A stretch of DNA of 64,000 bases from Candidatus Cloacimonadales bacterium (GCA_963674825.1 OY771587.1:2528001-2592000), one strand, 5' to 3'; numbered from the stretch's first letter, positions 30,165 through 41,477 are shown. Numbers and translations: made by a program. The notes: generated by a model from the sequence alone, not told the origin.

Positions 30165-31628
30165 TTATCTTCCTTCGGCTCGTTCGAGCTTCAATCGAAT
30201 CAGGTTTCCGATCTCTGAGAACAGTACATCTCGAGACGCCAGATTGGCAATGAAAAAATAAAGGACTACAGCGCCAGATGCTATTCCGATACCGATCCAT
30301 CGGCTCTGGTAATAGCTGAAAACCATCGCTGCGGCAAGCATCGCGATCAGAATGAGAATGAAACCAGTCTTGCGCAGGAGCATTGTCATATCTAGGCGCA
30401 CCATACGGAAGATGATACCGAGAAACAGGATATGCGTGAATGCTTTGGCGACCACGAATCCAGCAATCGAGTAGTAGAATCCGAAGTGTGAGCCAATGAA
30501 TAGCCCAGCACTGGTCAGGATCAACGACAGGATCCGCCAGAAAAGCTCAATCTGCGGTTTTCGGAATACCAGCGGGATGGAGCTCAGCGGATTCATCAAC
30601 AGTGTGGTGAGTGCGCTCAATCCCATGATAATCATCAACCCGGAGGTCTTCGTCCATTCGCCACCCAATGCCATTGGAACCAGCTTCGAAGCCAGCAGGA
30701 TGTAAAACAGCACCAGCGGCCACAGCGTGGAGAGGGTGAAGAACAGAAAGCGCTGGATGTTGCGCTGCATATCGGCCTGGTTCATACGTGCGAAAGAGGG
30801 GAAGAACACTTGCAGTGCCGATTCGGTCATGAGTGTGACTGGCAGCGAGACGACGTTCCAGGCGAGGAAATAGATACCGGTGTATTCGATACCGTGCTCT
30901 GGGAAGGCGATCCCCAGCAGGAAGATCGGTCCGATCCCCACGAAAGCGCCCATAAGGTGCATGGCAGTGGTGGTTGTTAGAAACCCAGCATTTTGCTTGA
31001 AGCGATCGACTTTCTCGTGAGCGGAGGTTCGTAACAGCGCATTTGCGACTTTCGACGGGAACTTGCTGCCTTTGCTGAACAGTACCAGCAGCATCTCCAG
31101 GATATCGCCGCAGAAAAAAGCGATCAGCACAATCCATATACTGTGACGGTAGAAGAGGAACAAGACTGTCGCGAGACAGTACAGAAGCACGTTTGCCGTC
31201 TCGAATAAGGAGGTTTCCTTGAATCGAAATTCTTTTTTCAAGCTGACTTTCAGAACCTGTCTGAGGACGTACACCATCAGGATTGGGAAGGTGTACAAAA
31301 TCAGGCTTTTAAGCTCCGGAGTCTTGTACAGTCCTGCGATAGGGCCTGCCAGAATAGGAAGCAAAATGGTCAGCGCCAGGCCGAGTATCAGTGGTAGCGA
31401 TATGAAGAGCGGAAACGCTTTAACAGGCTCTTTCTCGACGATATAGAACGCGTCCAGGCTGAATACTGCAAGCGTAGTCAACAGCGTTATCAGACGCGTG
31501 TAGGTTCCGAACAAGCCCAACGCCTCGCTGTCTATCATCCGTGCGATATAGAGGAACAGTACGATGACCAGCGCTCGTTTCAGAACGGTGGCCGAGAAAG
31601 TCCAGCGGACGTTGCGCAAGGTGCTCAT
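30165..31628 (-). CDS. Wzx-type oligosaccharide flippase
   Basis: 12-14 TM segments; N-term TLRNVRWTF....ARMI..EALGLF; VFFPSFA; start coupled (ATGA) to the upstream stop. Confidence 0.8.
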   Translation of the reverse strand: MSTLRNVRWTFSATVLKRALVIVLFLYIARMIDSEALGLFGTYTRLITLLTTLAVFSLDAFYIVEKEPVKAFPLFISLPLILGLALTILLPILAGPIAGLYKTPELKSLILYTFPILMVYVLRQVLKVSLKKEFRFKETSLFETANVLLYCLATVLFLFYRHSIWIVLIAFFCGDILEMLLVLFSKGSKFPSKVANALLRTSAHEKVDRFKQNAGFLTTTTAMHLMGAFVGIGPIFLLGIAFPEHGIEYTGIYFLAWNVVSLPVTLMTESALQVFFPSFARMNQADMQRNIQRFLFFTLSTLWPLVLFYILLASKLVPMALGGEWTKTSGLMIIMGLSALTTLLMNPLSSIPLVFRKPQIELFWRILSLILTSAGLFIGSHFGFYYSIAGFVVAKAFTHILFLGIIFRMVRLDMTMLLRKTGFILILIAMLAAAMVFSYYQSRWIGIGIASGAVVLYFFIANLASRDVLFSEIGNLIRLKLERAEGR

Positions 31629-33277
31629 GTCTGGTCGATTCCCAGCATTGCCGGAAGAAATGCGCAGCACATGATGCCATTGGGCGACATCTGCGAAATC
31701 TGCTGCTTACGCATCCATTTGAGATGATCGGCAGCCATCTTGCAGTGGGTGTTTCGGAGTACTGACTCGCATTCCTTCAGCTTTGGGAACTGCTTATCGA
31801 CGCGCGTCTTCATGAACTTGGTGAAGTTTACGGTTGCGAAGTAGCTCGTTGGCTCCCGCCATGCAAATTCCGACGGCAGCAACCACTTGCGCATGCGGTT
31901 GTGAGGGTCGGCCTGACGACGCGCGATCATGCGGTTCGATTTGACATGACCGGTTATCGAAGCCCCGCAGTTCTCCAGCATTCTCCCATTGACCGGGATC
32001 TGATCGACTTCTCGTGGCGTGTCGTGAATAAATGCCTGGGCCGCAAGGAAGTATCCTTTTTGCTTGTAACGTTCGGTGACGCGCAGCGAAAGGAAAGGCT
32101 TTACCACACTCGACTGATAGAAAGGATAAAACACCGGGAATCCTCGGCCGAAGTAGTTTGGGCCGGTATGGAACTTGCGTTTGGGGTTATCCAGCGACCA
32201 TCGTTCTGCGATGGCGGGGAGTTTGTCACCCGGTAACAGCTCGAGCGATTTGGCGACCTGTTCTTTTAGCAGTGCGGTGAAATCACGCGAAGAATGCGCC
32301 GTATTGTAAAAGGCTTTCCATGTGAGATACGCAGCCAGCTCTTCACGGTTGTTCATCTCCATGATTTCGTTGGTCAGCGCGTTCCCTGCTACCCAGTTAC
32401 CGCCATGCCCAGTTATAACCACTCTATTGCCGTCCTGCATTCGGTTGCTTGCGATCCAGCCCGATTCCTGCGGTACGCTTCGTCCGTGGAAGCCATACTC
32501 GACCAGCCGCATGATGCGCGATTCGGTGTAGGCGGGTTTTGCAGAAACGCTGTCGAAGCTGATATTGCGGTGAAGGGTCTTGGCCTTGAGAGCGAGCTGT
32601 GCAGCTGTAAGCATGTCCGGTTCGTCCTCGAGTCCATAGGTGAAGGTTTCGAGTCGGATTCCTTTGCGTAGCGCGTCGGATAGCACAAGGCGTGAATCGA
32701 GCCCGGCGGTAAGCGCAAGGTCGTAGCATGCATCGGGATCGTCGAGGATCGGAAGCAGGTTGTCGAATGGCGATTGGTCGGGAAGCTCATTTCGGTCGTG
32801 CGACACCGCATTATCAGACCATACGTGCTTGGTAAGCTTGCGGTTCAGCCTATCGAAGCAGTACAAAACGCCGGGCATGCACTCCAGCACGCCCTGATAG
32901 GCGGTACGGTCACCAACGGTTATCCCTCCTGCGAGAAGCGTGCACCAGGAGGCGTCGTTCAGGCGGAGGTCGTCTCGATGTTTCCATGGGTTGAAGAATA
33001 TCTCCAGCCTGTCCTCGAAGCGATAGAATAACGGCAACAGCCCGTAGCGATCTGTGCCGAAGTAGATGTTGTCGCCATCGTCTTTCATCACGAAATGGAA
33101 CATTCCTTCAACTTCCGAAAGCCACTGTATGGGGGGCTCTCGATGGGACAGTTCCTGGAATTTCGATGTTGCTGCGTCACCGTGATAGAGTCGGTTCCGG
33201 TGAACCAGAGTACCCTCGAAAACACAGAATGATTCGGTTACATATAGCGGTATAGCCTTTCCGCTTGAATGGATCAT
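31625..33277 (-). CDS. Asparagine-synthetase-like (ATP pyrophosphatase) protein, probably polysaccharide-modifying
   Basis: GTDRYGLLPLFY, RTAYQGV, LALTAGLDSRLV, FTYG, ITGHGG; no N-terminal catalytic Cys. Confidence 0.7.
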   Translation of the reverse strand: MIHSSGKAIPLYVTESFCVFEGTLVHRNRLYHGDAATSKFQELSHREPPIQWLSEVEGMFHFVMKDDGDNIYFGTDRYGLLPLFYRFEDRLEIFFNPWKHRDDLRLNDASWCTLLAGGITVGDRTAYQGVLECMPGVLYCFDRLNRKLTKHVWSDNAVSHDRNELPDQSPFDNLLPILDDPDACYDLALTAGLDSRLVLSDALRKGIRLETFTYGLEDEPDMLTAAQLALKAKTLHRNISFDSVSAKPAYTESRIMRLVEYGFHGRSVPQESGWIASNRMQDGNRVVITGHGGNWVAGNALTNEIMEMNNREELAAYLTWKAFYNTAHSSRDFTALLKEQVAKSLELLPGDKLPAIAERWSLDNPKRKFHTGPNYFGRGFPVFYPFYQSSVVKPFLSLRVTERYKQKGYFLAAQAFIHDTPREVDQIPVNGRMLENCGASITGHVKSNRMIARRQADPHNRMRKWLLPSEFAWREPTSYFATVNFTKFMKTRVDKQFPKLKECESVLRNTHCKMAADHLKWMRKQQISQMSPNGIMCCAFLPAMLGIDQT

Positions 33278-33300
33278 ATCCTCTCCGTTACATGAAAATA

Positions 33301-33320
33301 AGGGTGAGCGAACTCACCCC
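33301..33320 (-). terminator. Terminator hairpin after metK
   Basis: Minus strand GGGGTGAG-ttcg-CTCACCCT followed by TATTTT. Confidence 0.65.
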
Positions 33321-33370
33321 TAACGAAATTATCTGACGTAGCAACAATCAACATCCAGAAGTTGATGGTT

Positions 33371-34546
33371 CTACAGTTTACTCAGCAGTTCTTTGACCTT
33401 GTCGGTTTTTTCCCATGTGAATTGCGGAAGCTCGCGTCCGAAGTGGCCGTATACCGCCGTGAGCTGATAAATCGGCCGGCGAAGCTTGAGCTGCTCGATG
33501 ATATCTTCCGGGCTGAGCGGGAAGATCTCGCGAACCACTTTGACAAGCTGTTCATCCGATACCTTACCTGTATCAAATGTGTTGATCATGATGGATACAG
33601 GTTCTGCGACGCCGATCGCGTAAGCAAGCTGTACTTCGCATTCGTTTGCCAACTCGGCTGCGACGATGTTCTTTGCGATATAGCGTGCCGCGTAGGATGC
33701 GCTACGATCAACCTTTGTCGGGTCTTTACCGGAGAACGCACCGCCGCCGTGGCTGCCTTTGCCGCCATAAGTATCGACGATAATTTTACGTCCGGTGAGT
33801 CCCGTGTCCGCGTGCGGTCCGCCAAGCACGAATTTTCCGGTTGGGTTGATGTAGAACTTGGTGTTCTTATCGATCATTTCCGCCGGGATAATCGGCTTGA
33901 TAACGTGCTCGATCATGTCCGCCTGAATCTGATCATGCGTCGCTTCCGGGTTGTGTTGGGTCGAGATTACGACGGCTTCCACGCGATGGGGCTTTCCGTT
34001 GAGGTACTCGATACTGACCTGTGATTTTCCGTCGGGACGAAGGTATTTGATCTGCGGTGGGCAGTCTTTGCAGCCTTTGCGAACGGCTGCAAGATGCTTA
34101 ACCAGCTTGTGTGCCAGCATGATGGGCATCGGCATGAATTCAGGGGTGTCGTGGCAGGCATAGCCAAACATCATGCCCTGGTCTCCAGCGCCGATCATGT
34201 TGTGGGTAGAGGTTTTATCCACACCCATTGCGATATCGGGTGACTGTTTGTCGATCGTGGTGATGACAGCACATGTTTTATGGTCGATGCCGTAATCGGC
34301 ATTGTCATATCCAATCTTCTGGATCGTCTCGCGTACGATCTCCGGGATATGTACGTAGCAATCGGTGGAAATTTCTCCGCCGACCAGCGCCATACCGGTA
34401 GTGAGGAATGTTTCGCAGGCGACCCTTGCGTATGGGTCTTTCGCGAAGATCGCGTCAAGAACCGCGTCTGAAATCTGATCCGCCATTTTATCCGGATGCC
34501 CTTCGGTTACGGATTCAGACGTGAAAAGATGCTTTTCGTCCTTCAT
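33371..34546 (-). CDS. metK: S-adenosylmethionine synthetase
   Basis: [35 protein letters not shown]. Confidence 0.98.
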   Translation of the reverse strand: MKDEKHLFTSESVTEGHPDKMADQISDAVLDAIFAKDPYARVACETFLTTGMALVGGEISTDCYVHIPEIVRETIQKIGYDNADYGIDHKTCAVITTIDKQSPDIAMGVDKTSTHNMIGAGDQGMMFGYACHDTPEFMPMPIMLAHKLVKHLAAVRKGCKDCPPQIKYLRPDGKSQVSIEYLNGKPHRVEAVVISTQHNPEATHDQIQADMIEHVIKPIIPAEMIDKNTKFYINPTGKFVLGGPHADTGLTGRKIIVDTYGGKGSHGGGAFSGKDPTKVDRSASYAARYIAKNIVAAELANECEVQLAYAIGVAEPVSIMINTFDTGKVSDEQLVKVVREIFPLSPEDIIEQLKLRRPIYQLTAVYGHFGRELPQFTWEKTDKVKELLSKL

Positions 34547-34556
34547 GGGCTTCTCC

Positions 34557-35579
34557 TTATATGTTGCTTTTCAAGTAGTTGATATAGTTTATTGCCGTTG
34601 CGTTCGTGTCGTTCAGGATCGCCAGGTAGTAGCTGATCATGTCGCCCAGATAAATCAGGGAGAACATCTGCTCCATCAATGTTTCTCCTTCGGCATAGAA
34701 GACCATCGATGGTACCGAGTCCCGGGTGAACAGATCCTGCATGGCGCGAATTCGTTTTAAATATTTCTCATCTTCCCGCATGTCCTGCAAGAAGATAGGC
34801 AAGAGATTCTTGCGAAGTTTTTCTGATTCCCACCCTTCGATTTCATTGTGGTTCATCTCGGGTAGCGTGTGGCTGAAGGCGGGAATTTTCGCGTTTTCAT
34901 TGAGCTGACATTTCCAGCGATACGCCACTGGATTCAGCTTCGGGTTTGCCGAATAAACCACCGGGATCTTCCCATCGAGGTCCATCGCGGCCTGTTTGGC
35001 GAAATTATATTCCTGATCGACACTGGTAGCAATTGCGCCGGCTTTCTTGATCAGCATCGCGATAACACTTTTGACAGCTGCCTCCTGTGGCTCGATCAGC
35101 TTGAAAGTCTCCAGGATACGGATCGCTGAAAAGAAGAGGTACGCGATTGCGGCTCGTGGAGGGTAACCGTCCTGTACCTTGACCCACAAGTCGTTGGGAA
35201 GAAGCGCTGCCTGGAGCGAACCGCCGGTCGTAATTGCTGCGATATACGCGCCCTTTTTGCGAGCGATATCCACGCAAGAGAGGGTTTCCTCGGTGTTACC
35301 CGAATAGCTGATGGCGATCAGCAGAGTCTGATTATCGACGTAGTTGGGTTGATAATCCTTGATCACTTCGACGGGGAAAATGCTACTGAAAAGGGCGGCA
35401 ATCAGGTCGCCGGTTATAGCGGAGCCGCCCATGCCGCTTACGACGACACGGTTAATATTCTCTGGTGCCTGAAATGCTTCCGGCAACCGGATATCGGCGT
35501 TATGATACGCCTTGATCACCTGCTCGGGCAGATGAATGATGTTTTCGTACATTGAATCGTTTGTGTTGAATTTACTCAA
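34557..35579 (-). CDS. Bifunctional phosphoglucose/phosphomannose isomerase (SIS family)
   Basis: [42 protein letters not shown]. Confidence 0.92.
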   Translation of the reverse strand: MSKFNTNDSMYENIIHLPEQVIKAYHNADIRLPEAFQAPENINRVVVSGMGGSAITGDLIAALFSSIFPVEVIKDYQPNYVDNQTLLIAISYSGNTEETLSCVDIARKKGAYIAAITTGGSLQAALLPNDLWVKVQDGYPPRAAIAYLFFSAIRILETFKLIEPQEAAVKSVIAMLIKKAGAIATSVDQEYNFAKQAAMDLDGKIPVVYSANPKLNPVAYRWKCQLNENAKIPAFSHTLPEMNHNEIEGWESEKLRKNLLPIFLQDMREDEKYLKRIRAMQDLFTRDSVPSMVFYAEGETLMEQMFSLIYLGDMISYYLAILNDTNATAINYINYLKSNI

Positions 35580-36943
35580 AGTATCTTTCCTTTCTCCGCT
35601 TTGGATTTCATGAATGCCTCGATGTCAGCTCTGCGTTGCTCGAAGCCCTTCTTGCCCATCATGGCGTAGGTGGCGATCTTGCCTGCTTCCACGCCCGGCT
35701 GGTCCAGCGGATCGATATTCAAAAGCTTGCCGGCGAATACGGTCTGCACCTCGTACATGAAGATGAATTCGCCCAGATGGTACTCGTCCAGTGTGGGGAA
35801 GAGGATAGTGCAGTTTGGACGCCCAGCGTCGGTGAGTGCGATCTCGGTCGCCTGACGTTCCACGTTGAGCAGGTGGCTCAAGCTCTGGCCTCCGAGGTAG
35901 TTGACTTCATCGCGTTCGGGATAGATGCCCGGGATCTCATAGTCCCAGGTGAATTTTTCCAGTCCGAGGAAGGTGGTTACCTTGTCGTTCGGACCTTCCA
36001 CGTAGAGCTGCACCTGTGAGTGCTGATCGGTTGTCCCCAGCGCTTTGACTGGTGTTTGGCCGGTGAATACCTTGTTTCCGTTCAAATCGTTCATCTTACC
36101 GAGGCTTTCCGCCCAAAGCTGGCGATACCAGTCTGCCATGTCATAGAGCGGATTGGAGTAGGGCATCATCACGGAGATGTTCATTCCCTTCTCCATGTAG
36201 AGCACATGCAAGAGCGCGTTGAGATAGCCTGGATTCTTCAGCACATCGTCGTTTTCGCACCGCGTGCGCATGGCCTTGGCTCCGGCGAGTAACTTGTCGA
36301 TATCGATACCGACAAACGCCGACGAGACCAGTCCTACATCGGTAAGGACGGAGAATCTTCCGCCCACGTTGCCCGGAACCTCGAAGTCGCGGTATCCTTC
36401 CTTTTTGATAAGCTGTCGCAGGAAACCTTTTTCGGCATCGGTGGTGACAACCACATGTTTTTTATACTTCGGGCCGAATACATCGCGAAGCATGTTGAGC
36501 ACAATCAGGTACGTGCTCATCGTCTCAGCGGTCGTTCCGCTCTTGGTGATTACGTTGAATAGTGTACGTGGGAGCTCGACCTGATCCAGGATATCTTTCA
36601 TCATATAGGGATCGACGTTGTCCGCGATAAAGAGTTTGCGATCAAGGCCCTTCTCCGTCTTGAGGGCGGTATAGAGCGCACGGTTACCAAGCGCGGAGCC
36701 ACCGATTCCCAGCACGACCATCGTGTCGAATTCTTCGCGAACCTCATCGACGAACGCGCGGATTTTGCTGGTGTCGAAATCGGGTAGTTCATAGAAGCCA
36801 AGAACGTTGTTCTTGCGGTCTTCCAATATCTTGCGGTGCGCGTCTTCGCAACGGGCACGGCTGTTTTCTAATTCTTCCGGCTTGATTCCGGTCTGGATTT
36901 TATTGGAATATAACAGGTGGGTGTAATCAAATTTTAATGCCAT
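35576..36943 (-). CDS. pgi: Glucose-6-phosphate isomerase
   Basis: GIGGSALG, TKSGTTAET, VGGRFSVL, QLWAESLGK, DQHSQVQ, DQPGVEAGK. Confidence 0.96.
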   Translation of the reverse strand: MALKFDYTHLLYSNKIQTGIKPEELENSRARCEDAHRKILEDRKNNVLGFYELPDFDTSKIRAFVDEVREEFDTMVVLGIGGSALGNRALYTALKTEKGLDRKLFIADNVDPYMMKDILDQVELPRTLFNVITKSGTTAETMSTYLIVLNMLRDVFGPKYKKHVVVTTDAEKGFLRQLIKKEGYRDFEVPGNVGGRFSVLTDVGLVSSAFVGIDIDKLLAGAKAMRTRCENDDVLKNPGYLNALLHVLYMEKGMNISVMMPYSNPLYDMADWYRQLWAESLGKMNDLNGNKVFTGQTPVKALGTTDQHSQVQLYVEGPNDKVTTFLGLEKFTWDYEIPGIYPERDEVNYLGGQSLSHLLNVERQATEIALTDAGRPNCTILFPTLDEYHLGEFIFMYEVQTVFAGKLLNIDPLDQPGVEAGKIATYAMMGKKGFEQRRADIEAFMKSKAEKGKIL

Positions 36944-38657
36944 ATTTCTCCCTCCATTTCACAATAATCTTTTTAACATTTTTCGATGTGATCTGATCGA
37001 GAATATCCAGAACCAGCTCCACAAGGACACAGGAATCGATCTTGCTGATAAATTCCTTGATGGTGAGAACCGAGCCCGGATTGACGCTGAGTTCGGTGAT
37101 GCCGAGACCAAGCAGGATTGGGATGAAGTCGCGATCCGAGGCCATCTCGCCGCAGACCGATACAGGAAGGTTGTATTTCCGTGCATTCTGGACGATCAGC
37201 GTGATCAGATGCATCATGGCTGGGTGATAGGGGTTGTAGTAGTCTGTAACATTTTCGCTGGTACGGTCCACAGCCAGCGTGTATTGAATTAAATCGTTGG
37301 TTCCGATGCTGAAGAAATCGCAGTGCTGCGCGAGCGTGTCGGATATCATAGCCGCGGATGGTACTTCGATCATCACGCCCAACTTGATATCGTCGTCGAA
37401 AGGAATCTCGTTTTTACGCAGTTCGTTCATACACTCGTTGATATGTTGTTTGGCGCGCAGGAGCTCATCCAGACTGGATACCATGGGAAACATGACGCGG
37501 ATATTGCCGTAATGGCTCGCACGCAAGATTGCCTTAATCTGCGCGTGAAACATCTCCGGGTGGCGAAGCGAAAGCCGTATGCCACGACAGCCCATATTGG
37601 GATTGTCTTCATGTCGGAGGTTGATCAGATTATGGAGCTTGTCTCCTCCGATATCGACAGTGCGTACAATTACCGGTTTAGGGTTAAGCTCTTCCGCGAT
37701 CATTTTATAGATCTCGAACTGCTCATCCTCGGAAGGAAGCTCGTTATCGCTGATATACAGGAACTCGGTGCGGAATAGCCCGATACCATCGGGATTAATG
37801 CGCTTGACGTGCGCGAGTTCGTCCGGCAGCTCGATGTTGCAGCGGAGATTGACGCGGACACCATCTTTGGTTCGAGAAGGTAGATCGACCAGCTTCATCA
37901 GCTCCAGGGAACGGTGCTTTTCCTGCTCGATCATATGCTTGTATAGCTCGATCTTCTGGTCGGTTGGGGTGATGATCACTTCGCCGGAATAACCGTCGAT
38001 GATCACTTCATCACCTTGGCCCGTAATTTTACGTATGCCTTCAACGCCCACCACAGCCGGGATTCCCAGCGCTCTGGCGACAATCGAGCTGTGCGAAGTA
38101 CGGCTGCCGATTTCAGAGATGATACCGGCGATGCCCTGTTTGGCTACTTTTGTCAGCAACGACACGGGTATTTCTTCTAGAATCAAGATCGTGTCCTTGC
38201 TCAGGTTGCTCATCATGTCTTCTTCGTATCCCATCATATGTCCAAGAAGACGATTCGCGATCTCGCGGTAGTCGGAAACCCGTTCCGCGTAATACTCGTT
38301 ATCCATTTTCTCGAAGATACCAATGGCATAGGAGAAATGTTTGTGGACTGCATTTTCGAGCCCTATAAGCTCTTCCTCCAGAATGCGGACAACGTTTTTC
38401 CTCAGCTCCGGATCCTGCAGGATGAGCTTATGGGAATGGAGGATTTCCTTTTCGACATCCGAGAATGAGAATTCATTGATCAGTCGATCGATATCAGATA
38501 CTACTTTCTCAATAGATGCTTCCAGCCGTGCGATCTCTTTTTCAATTCTCTGCTTCTCGATACGTCGTTCGGGTATCGTCATCGGCCGGCTTTCTTTAAG
38601 AGCCGCTTTTCCGATAGCAATACCCTGGGAAACGCCCAGTCCTTTCAAAGTCTGCAT
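36927..38657 (-). CDS. ptsI: PEP-protein phosphotransferase, PTS Enzyme I
   Basis: SRTSHSSIVARALGIP (phospho-His), GIGLFRTEFL, MIEVPSA, FSIGTNDL.QY, CGEMA. Confidence 0.96.
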   Translation of the reverse strand: MQTLKGLGVSQGIAIGKAALKESRPMTIPERRIEKQRIEKEIARLEASIEKVVSDIDRLINEFSFSDVEKEILHSHKLILQDPELRKNVVRILEEELIGLENAVHKHFSYAIGIFEKMDNEYYAERVSDYREIANRLLGHMMGYEEDMMSNLSKDTILILEEIPVSLLTKVAKQGIAGIISEIGSRTSHSSIVARALGIPAVVGVEGIRKITGQGDEVIIDGYSGEVIITPTDQKIELYKHMIEQEKHRSLELMKLVDLPSRTKDGVRVNLRCNIELPDELAHVKRINPDGIGLFRTEFLYISDNELPSEDEQFEIYKMIAEELNPKPVIVRTVDIGGDKLHNLINLRHEDNPNMGCRGIRLSLRHPEMFHAQIKAILRASHYGNIRVMFPMVSSLDELLRAKQHINECMNELRKNEIPFDDDIKLGVMIEVPSAAMISDTLAQHCDFFSIGTNDLIQYTLAVDRTSENVTDYYNPYHPAMMHLITLIVQNARKYNLPVSVCGEMASDRDFIPILLGLGITELSVNPGSVLTIKEFISKIDSCVLVELVLDILDQITSKNVKKIIVKWREKYGIKI

Positions 38658-38923
38658 TATTCCTCGTCGAATCTGGTCTCGAACAGGTGATCGATCTCCT
38701 GGATGAGGTATTCTTCATCCGGGCCGTGAGCCCAGAGCTTCAGCTCTGTGCCACGCGTCGCGGCGAGTGTCATGACACCCATGATGCTCTTGCCGTTGAC
38801 TTCCATGTCATCCTTGATAATCTTGAAATCCGAGCGAAACTTGTTCGCTGTCTTAACAATAAGCGTGCATGGTCTGGCATGCAAGCCCAGTTTATTTTGT
38901 ACGATCGTTGTTTTTTCTGTCAT
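38657..38923 (-). CDS. ptsH: Phosphocarrier protein HPr
   Basis: GLHARP (His15) and NGKSIMGVM (Ser46). Confidence 0.95.
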   Translation of the reverse strand: MTEKTTIVQNKLGLHARPCTLIVKTANKFRSDFKIIKDDMEVNGKSIMGVMTLAATRGTELKLWAHGPDEEYLIQEIDHLFETRFDEE

Positions 38924-38960
38924 CCCGATACTGCTTTCGATCCTGATTTCAGGTCAATCT

Positions 38961-39908
38961 TTATTTCCTCATCGCGAGGGTTTTTTGTCTGATTTCTTCC
39001 TGGAGGCGTCTGGTGTACGCTTCCGCCGCGTCATAACCGAAGCTTTTGAGGATATGGTTCATCGCGATTACTTCGATAATCACGGAGACATTCTTTCCGG
39101 GTGATACCGGAAGATAGATCACGGGAATATTCACTCCGTGGTATCCGACATAATTGTTTTTCAAGCCGATACGCTCGTAGTCCATGCTGTCGCGCCAGGG
39201 CATCAGCTCCACCTGTACCTCGATCTGCTTGCTTTGTCGAACCACCTGAATACCGAACATACGCTCGATATCAATAATGCCAACTCCACGCACTTCCATG
39301 AACCAACCCGCGTCACGAGCAGGCGTGCCGATAATGGTGTCGTTGGAAAGCGCGATCTTGACCAGATCGTCCGCGATCAACCGGTGACCGCGTTCTACAA
39401 GGTCCAGTGCACACTCACTCTTTCCGATACCACTTGCACCGGTCAGCATCACGCCCACCCCGAAGACATCGACCAGCGTAGCATGGATGGTCTTCTTGGG
39501 CGCGAAAAACTCGTTCAGGTAGCGGTTCAGATTGTTGAACAGCTTCTCTGTTGTGAGCCGGCTGGAGAGCAGCGCGATGTTCATCTCGTTTGCCAGGTAA
39601 TCGATGTGATGCGGTACTGTGAGACCTTTGGTGACGATAATGCATGGGATGCTGTACTCGAAGATGGTTTTGATGCGCTCGTAGAGAGCGTCATCTCCGA
39701 GTGTTTGCAGGAAACTGATCTCGGTTTCACCCAACACCTGAATCCGTTTGTAGGCGAATCGGTCCAGATAGCCCGAGAGGGCCAGACCCGGACGGTTTAG
39801 CTGGGAATCGGAAATCATGTTGTTCAGCGTTTTCTTGCTGCTGATCAGGGAGAGCGCAAGGTCTTTCTTTTTTCTTTCGAAGAGCTCTTTTACGGATAAT
39901 TCAACCAT
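38961..39908 (-). CDS. hprK: HPr(Ser) kinase/phosphorylase
   Basis: NRPGLAL, RIQVLG..E, GASGIGKSECALDL..RGHRLIADD, MEVRGVGII. Confidence 0.96.
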   Translation of the reverse strand: MVELSVKELFERKKKDLALSLISSKKTLNNMISDSQLNRPGLALSGYLDRFAYKRIQVLGETEISFLQTLGDDALYERIKTIFEYSIPCIIVTKGLTVPHHIDYLANEMNIALLSSRLTTEKLFNNLNRYLNEFFAPKKTIHATLVDVFGVGVMLTGASGIGKSECALDLVERGHRLIADDLVKIALSNDTIIGTPARDAGWFMEVRGVGIIDIERMFGIQVVRQSKQIEVQVELMPWRDSMDYERIGLKNNYVGYHGVNIPVIYLPVSPGKNVSVIIEVIAMNHILKSFGYDAAEAYTRRLQEEIRQKTLAMRK

Positions 39909-39927
39909 AGTTCCTCGCCAGGTGAAC

Positions 39928-39955
39928 AGGTAGCCGTCCCGAAGGACGGCTGCCT
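39928..39955 (-). terminator. GC-rich hairpin between hpf and hprK
   Basis: AGGTAGCCGTCC-cgaa-GGACGGCTGCCT; no clear U-tract on the minus strand. Confidence 0.5.
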
Positions 39956-39977
39956 ATTTATGAAGTTGAGAACGTTG

Positions 39978-40514
39978 TTACGGCATGAGAAGTTTGAAGT
40001 ACTGCTCGTCGCGTTTGACCAGAACGTTAATCCGGTCTGTCTCAACGTTTTTGAAGATCAGGTAAGGATCTTTCATCTTTTCAATCTGATCCATCGCTTC
40101 TTCCACAGTCATGGTTTCAGCGATGATACGCTTGGTCTTGATACGCTTTCTTGGATTAGAGTCGTCGCCATAGCGTTCGATGAGATCAGCTTGAACGAAA
40201 TGCAAATCTTCCTTCAATCTTTTTTTCTGGTGATCAGTCACCTTGTCCTTCAGCTTCTTGATCTGAGTTTCCATCTTGTCGATCACGGTGTCTACTGCAA
40301 GATACATATCGTGGTCTTCGGCTTCGCTCTGTAAGCTGAAGTGGGATGCGTGAAGTGACATTTCAACGTGGTTCCGGCTTCCTTCGAGGGAGAGCGTCAG
40401 ATGTACGTTGATGATATGATCGAAGTACTTTTCCAGCTTTTCACAAGCTTCTTCAACGTGGTCACGGATCGCGTTGGTCAGATCAAAGTGGCGTGCAGTG
40501 ATTGTGATTTGCAT
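39978..40514 (-). CDS. hpf: Ribosome hibernation promoting factor (long HPF)
   Basis: MQITITARHFDLTNAIRDHVEE...DMYLAVD..IDKMETQIKK.K; C-terminal MTVEEAMDQ...INVL domain. Confidence 0.93.
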   Translation of the reverse strand: MQITITARHFDLTNAIRDHVEEACEKLEKYFDHIINVHLTLSLEGSRNHVEMSLHASHFSLQSEAEDHDMYLAVDTVIDKMETQIKKLKDKVTDHQKKRLKEDLHFVQADLIERYGDDSNPRKRIKTKRIIAETMTVEEAMDQIEKMKDPYLIFKNVETDRINVLVKRDEQYFKLLMP

Positions 40515-40535
40515 AATGTAACCCCTTTCTTTGGT

Positions 40536-41477
40536 TTATTGGAAAGAATCGGCTAATGATGTACTGCCGTCAGACCTCCTTTCTTCTATTTTCTCAACGT
40601 TATTTTCCAATGATGTTTCAACATCCTCGAACGCTTTTTCCGCCAGGTAGCTGCTGCGCACCAGAGGCGCGGAACAGACAAGCTTGAACCCCAGCTTTTC
40701 GCCCTCGACCTGGTAGTATCCAAAGGTCTCTGGCGTAACGTATTCATGCACCTGGAAATGTCGTGGCGTAGGCATCATGTATTGCCCGATGGTCACGATA
40801 TCCACCTTGTGTTCGATTATTGTCCGTAGAAGCTCGATCACTTCTTCTCGCGTCTCGCCAAGCCCCACCATGAAACCACTTTTGGTCAGCATGTCGGGTC
40901 TGATATCTTTGACACGTCTCAGGAGGTCCAAACTGCGATGAAAATCGGCCATTGGGCGAACTTGCGGGTAGAGTCGCTCAATTGTTTCAACATTGTGGTT
41001 CAAAATATCGGGTTCGGCCTCAACGACCGTCCGCAAAGCTTCTTCATTTCCTTGAAGATCCGAGATGAGCACTTCGATGGTTATGCCACGGTTCGCTTGT
41101 AATGAGCGGATAACTTTCGCGATGTGTTCCGCGCCACCGTCCGGTAAATCATCGCGAGTAACCATGGTGATCACCACGTGCTTGAGTTTCAGGACGCGTG
41201 CCGTCTCGGCTACGTGTTCCGGCTCTTTCGGATCGGGAGCGGGAAGGTTCGAAGTGGTTTTGTCCACCGCGCAGAACGTGCAGTTGCGGGTGCAGTGATC
41301 TCCAAGGATCATGAGGGTAGCGGTTCCGCGCTCGAAGCACTCGCCGCGGTTGGGACATTTCGCGCTTTCGCAGACGGTGTTCAGCTCCAGTCTGCGTAGC
41401 ATCCGTGTAATCTCGCGGGTTTTGCGCGATCCGAGTGAATCGGCCTTAAGCCATTGTGGTTTTCGAAGTTCGTTCAT
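40536..41477 (-). CDS. lipA: Lipoyl synthase
   Basis: RKPQWLK, CESAKCPNRGEC, CTRNCTFC, HNVET, TIGQY, VRSSY. Confidence 0.96.
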   Translation of the reverse strand: MNELRKPQWLKADSLGSRKTREITRMLRRLELNTVCESAKCPNRGECFERGTATLMILGDHCTRNCTFCAVDKTTSNLPAPDPKEPEHVAETARVLKLKHVVITMVTRDDLPDGGAEHIAKVIRSLQANRGITIEVLISDLQGNEEALRTVVEAEPDILNHNVETIERLYPQVRPMADFHRSLDLLRRVKDIRPDMLTKSGFMVGLGETREEVIELLRTIIEHKVDIVTIGQYMMPTPRHFQVHEYVTPETFGYYQVEGEKLGFKLVCSAPLVRSSYLAEKAFEDVETSLENNVEKIEERRSDGSTSLADSFQ

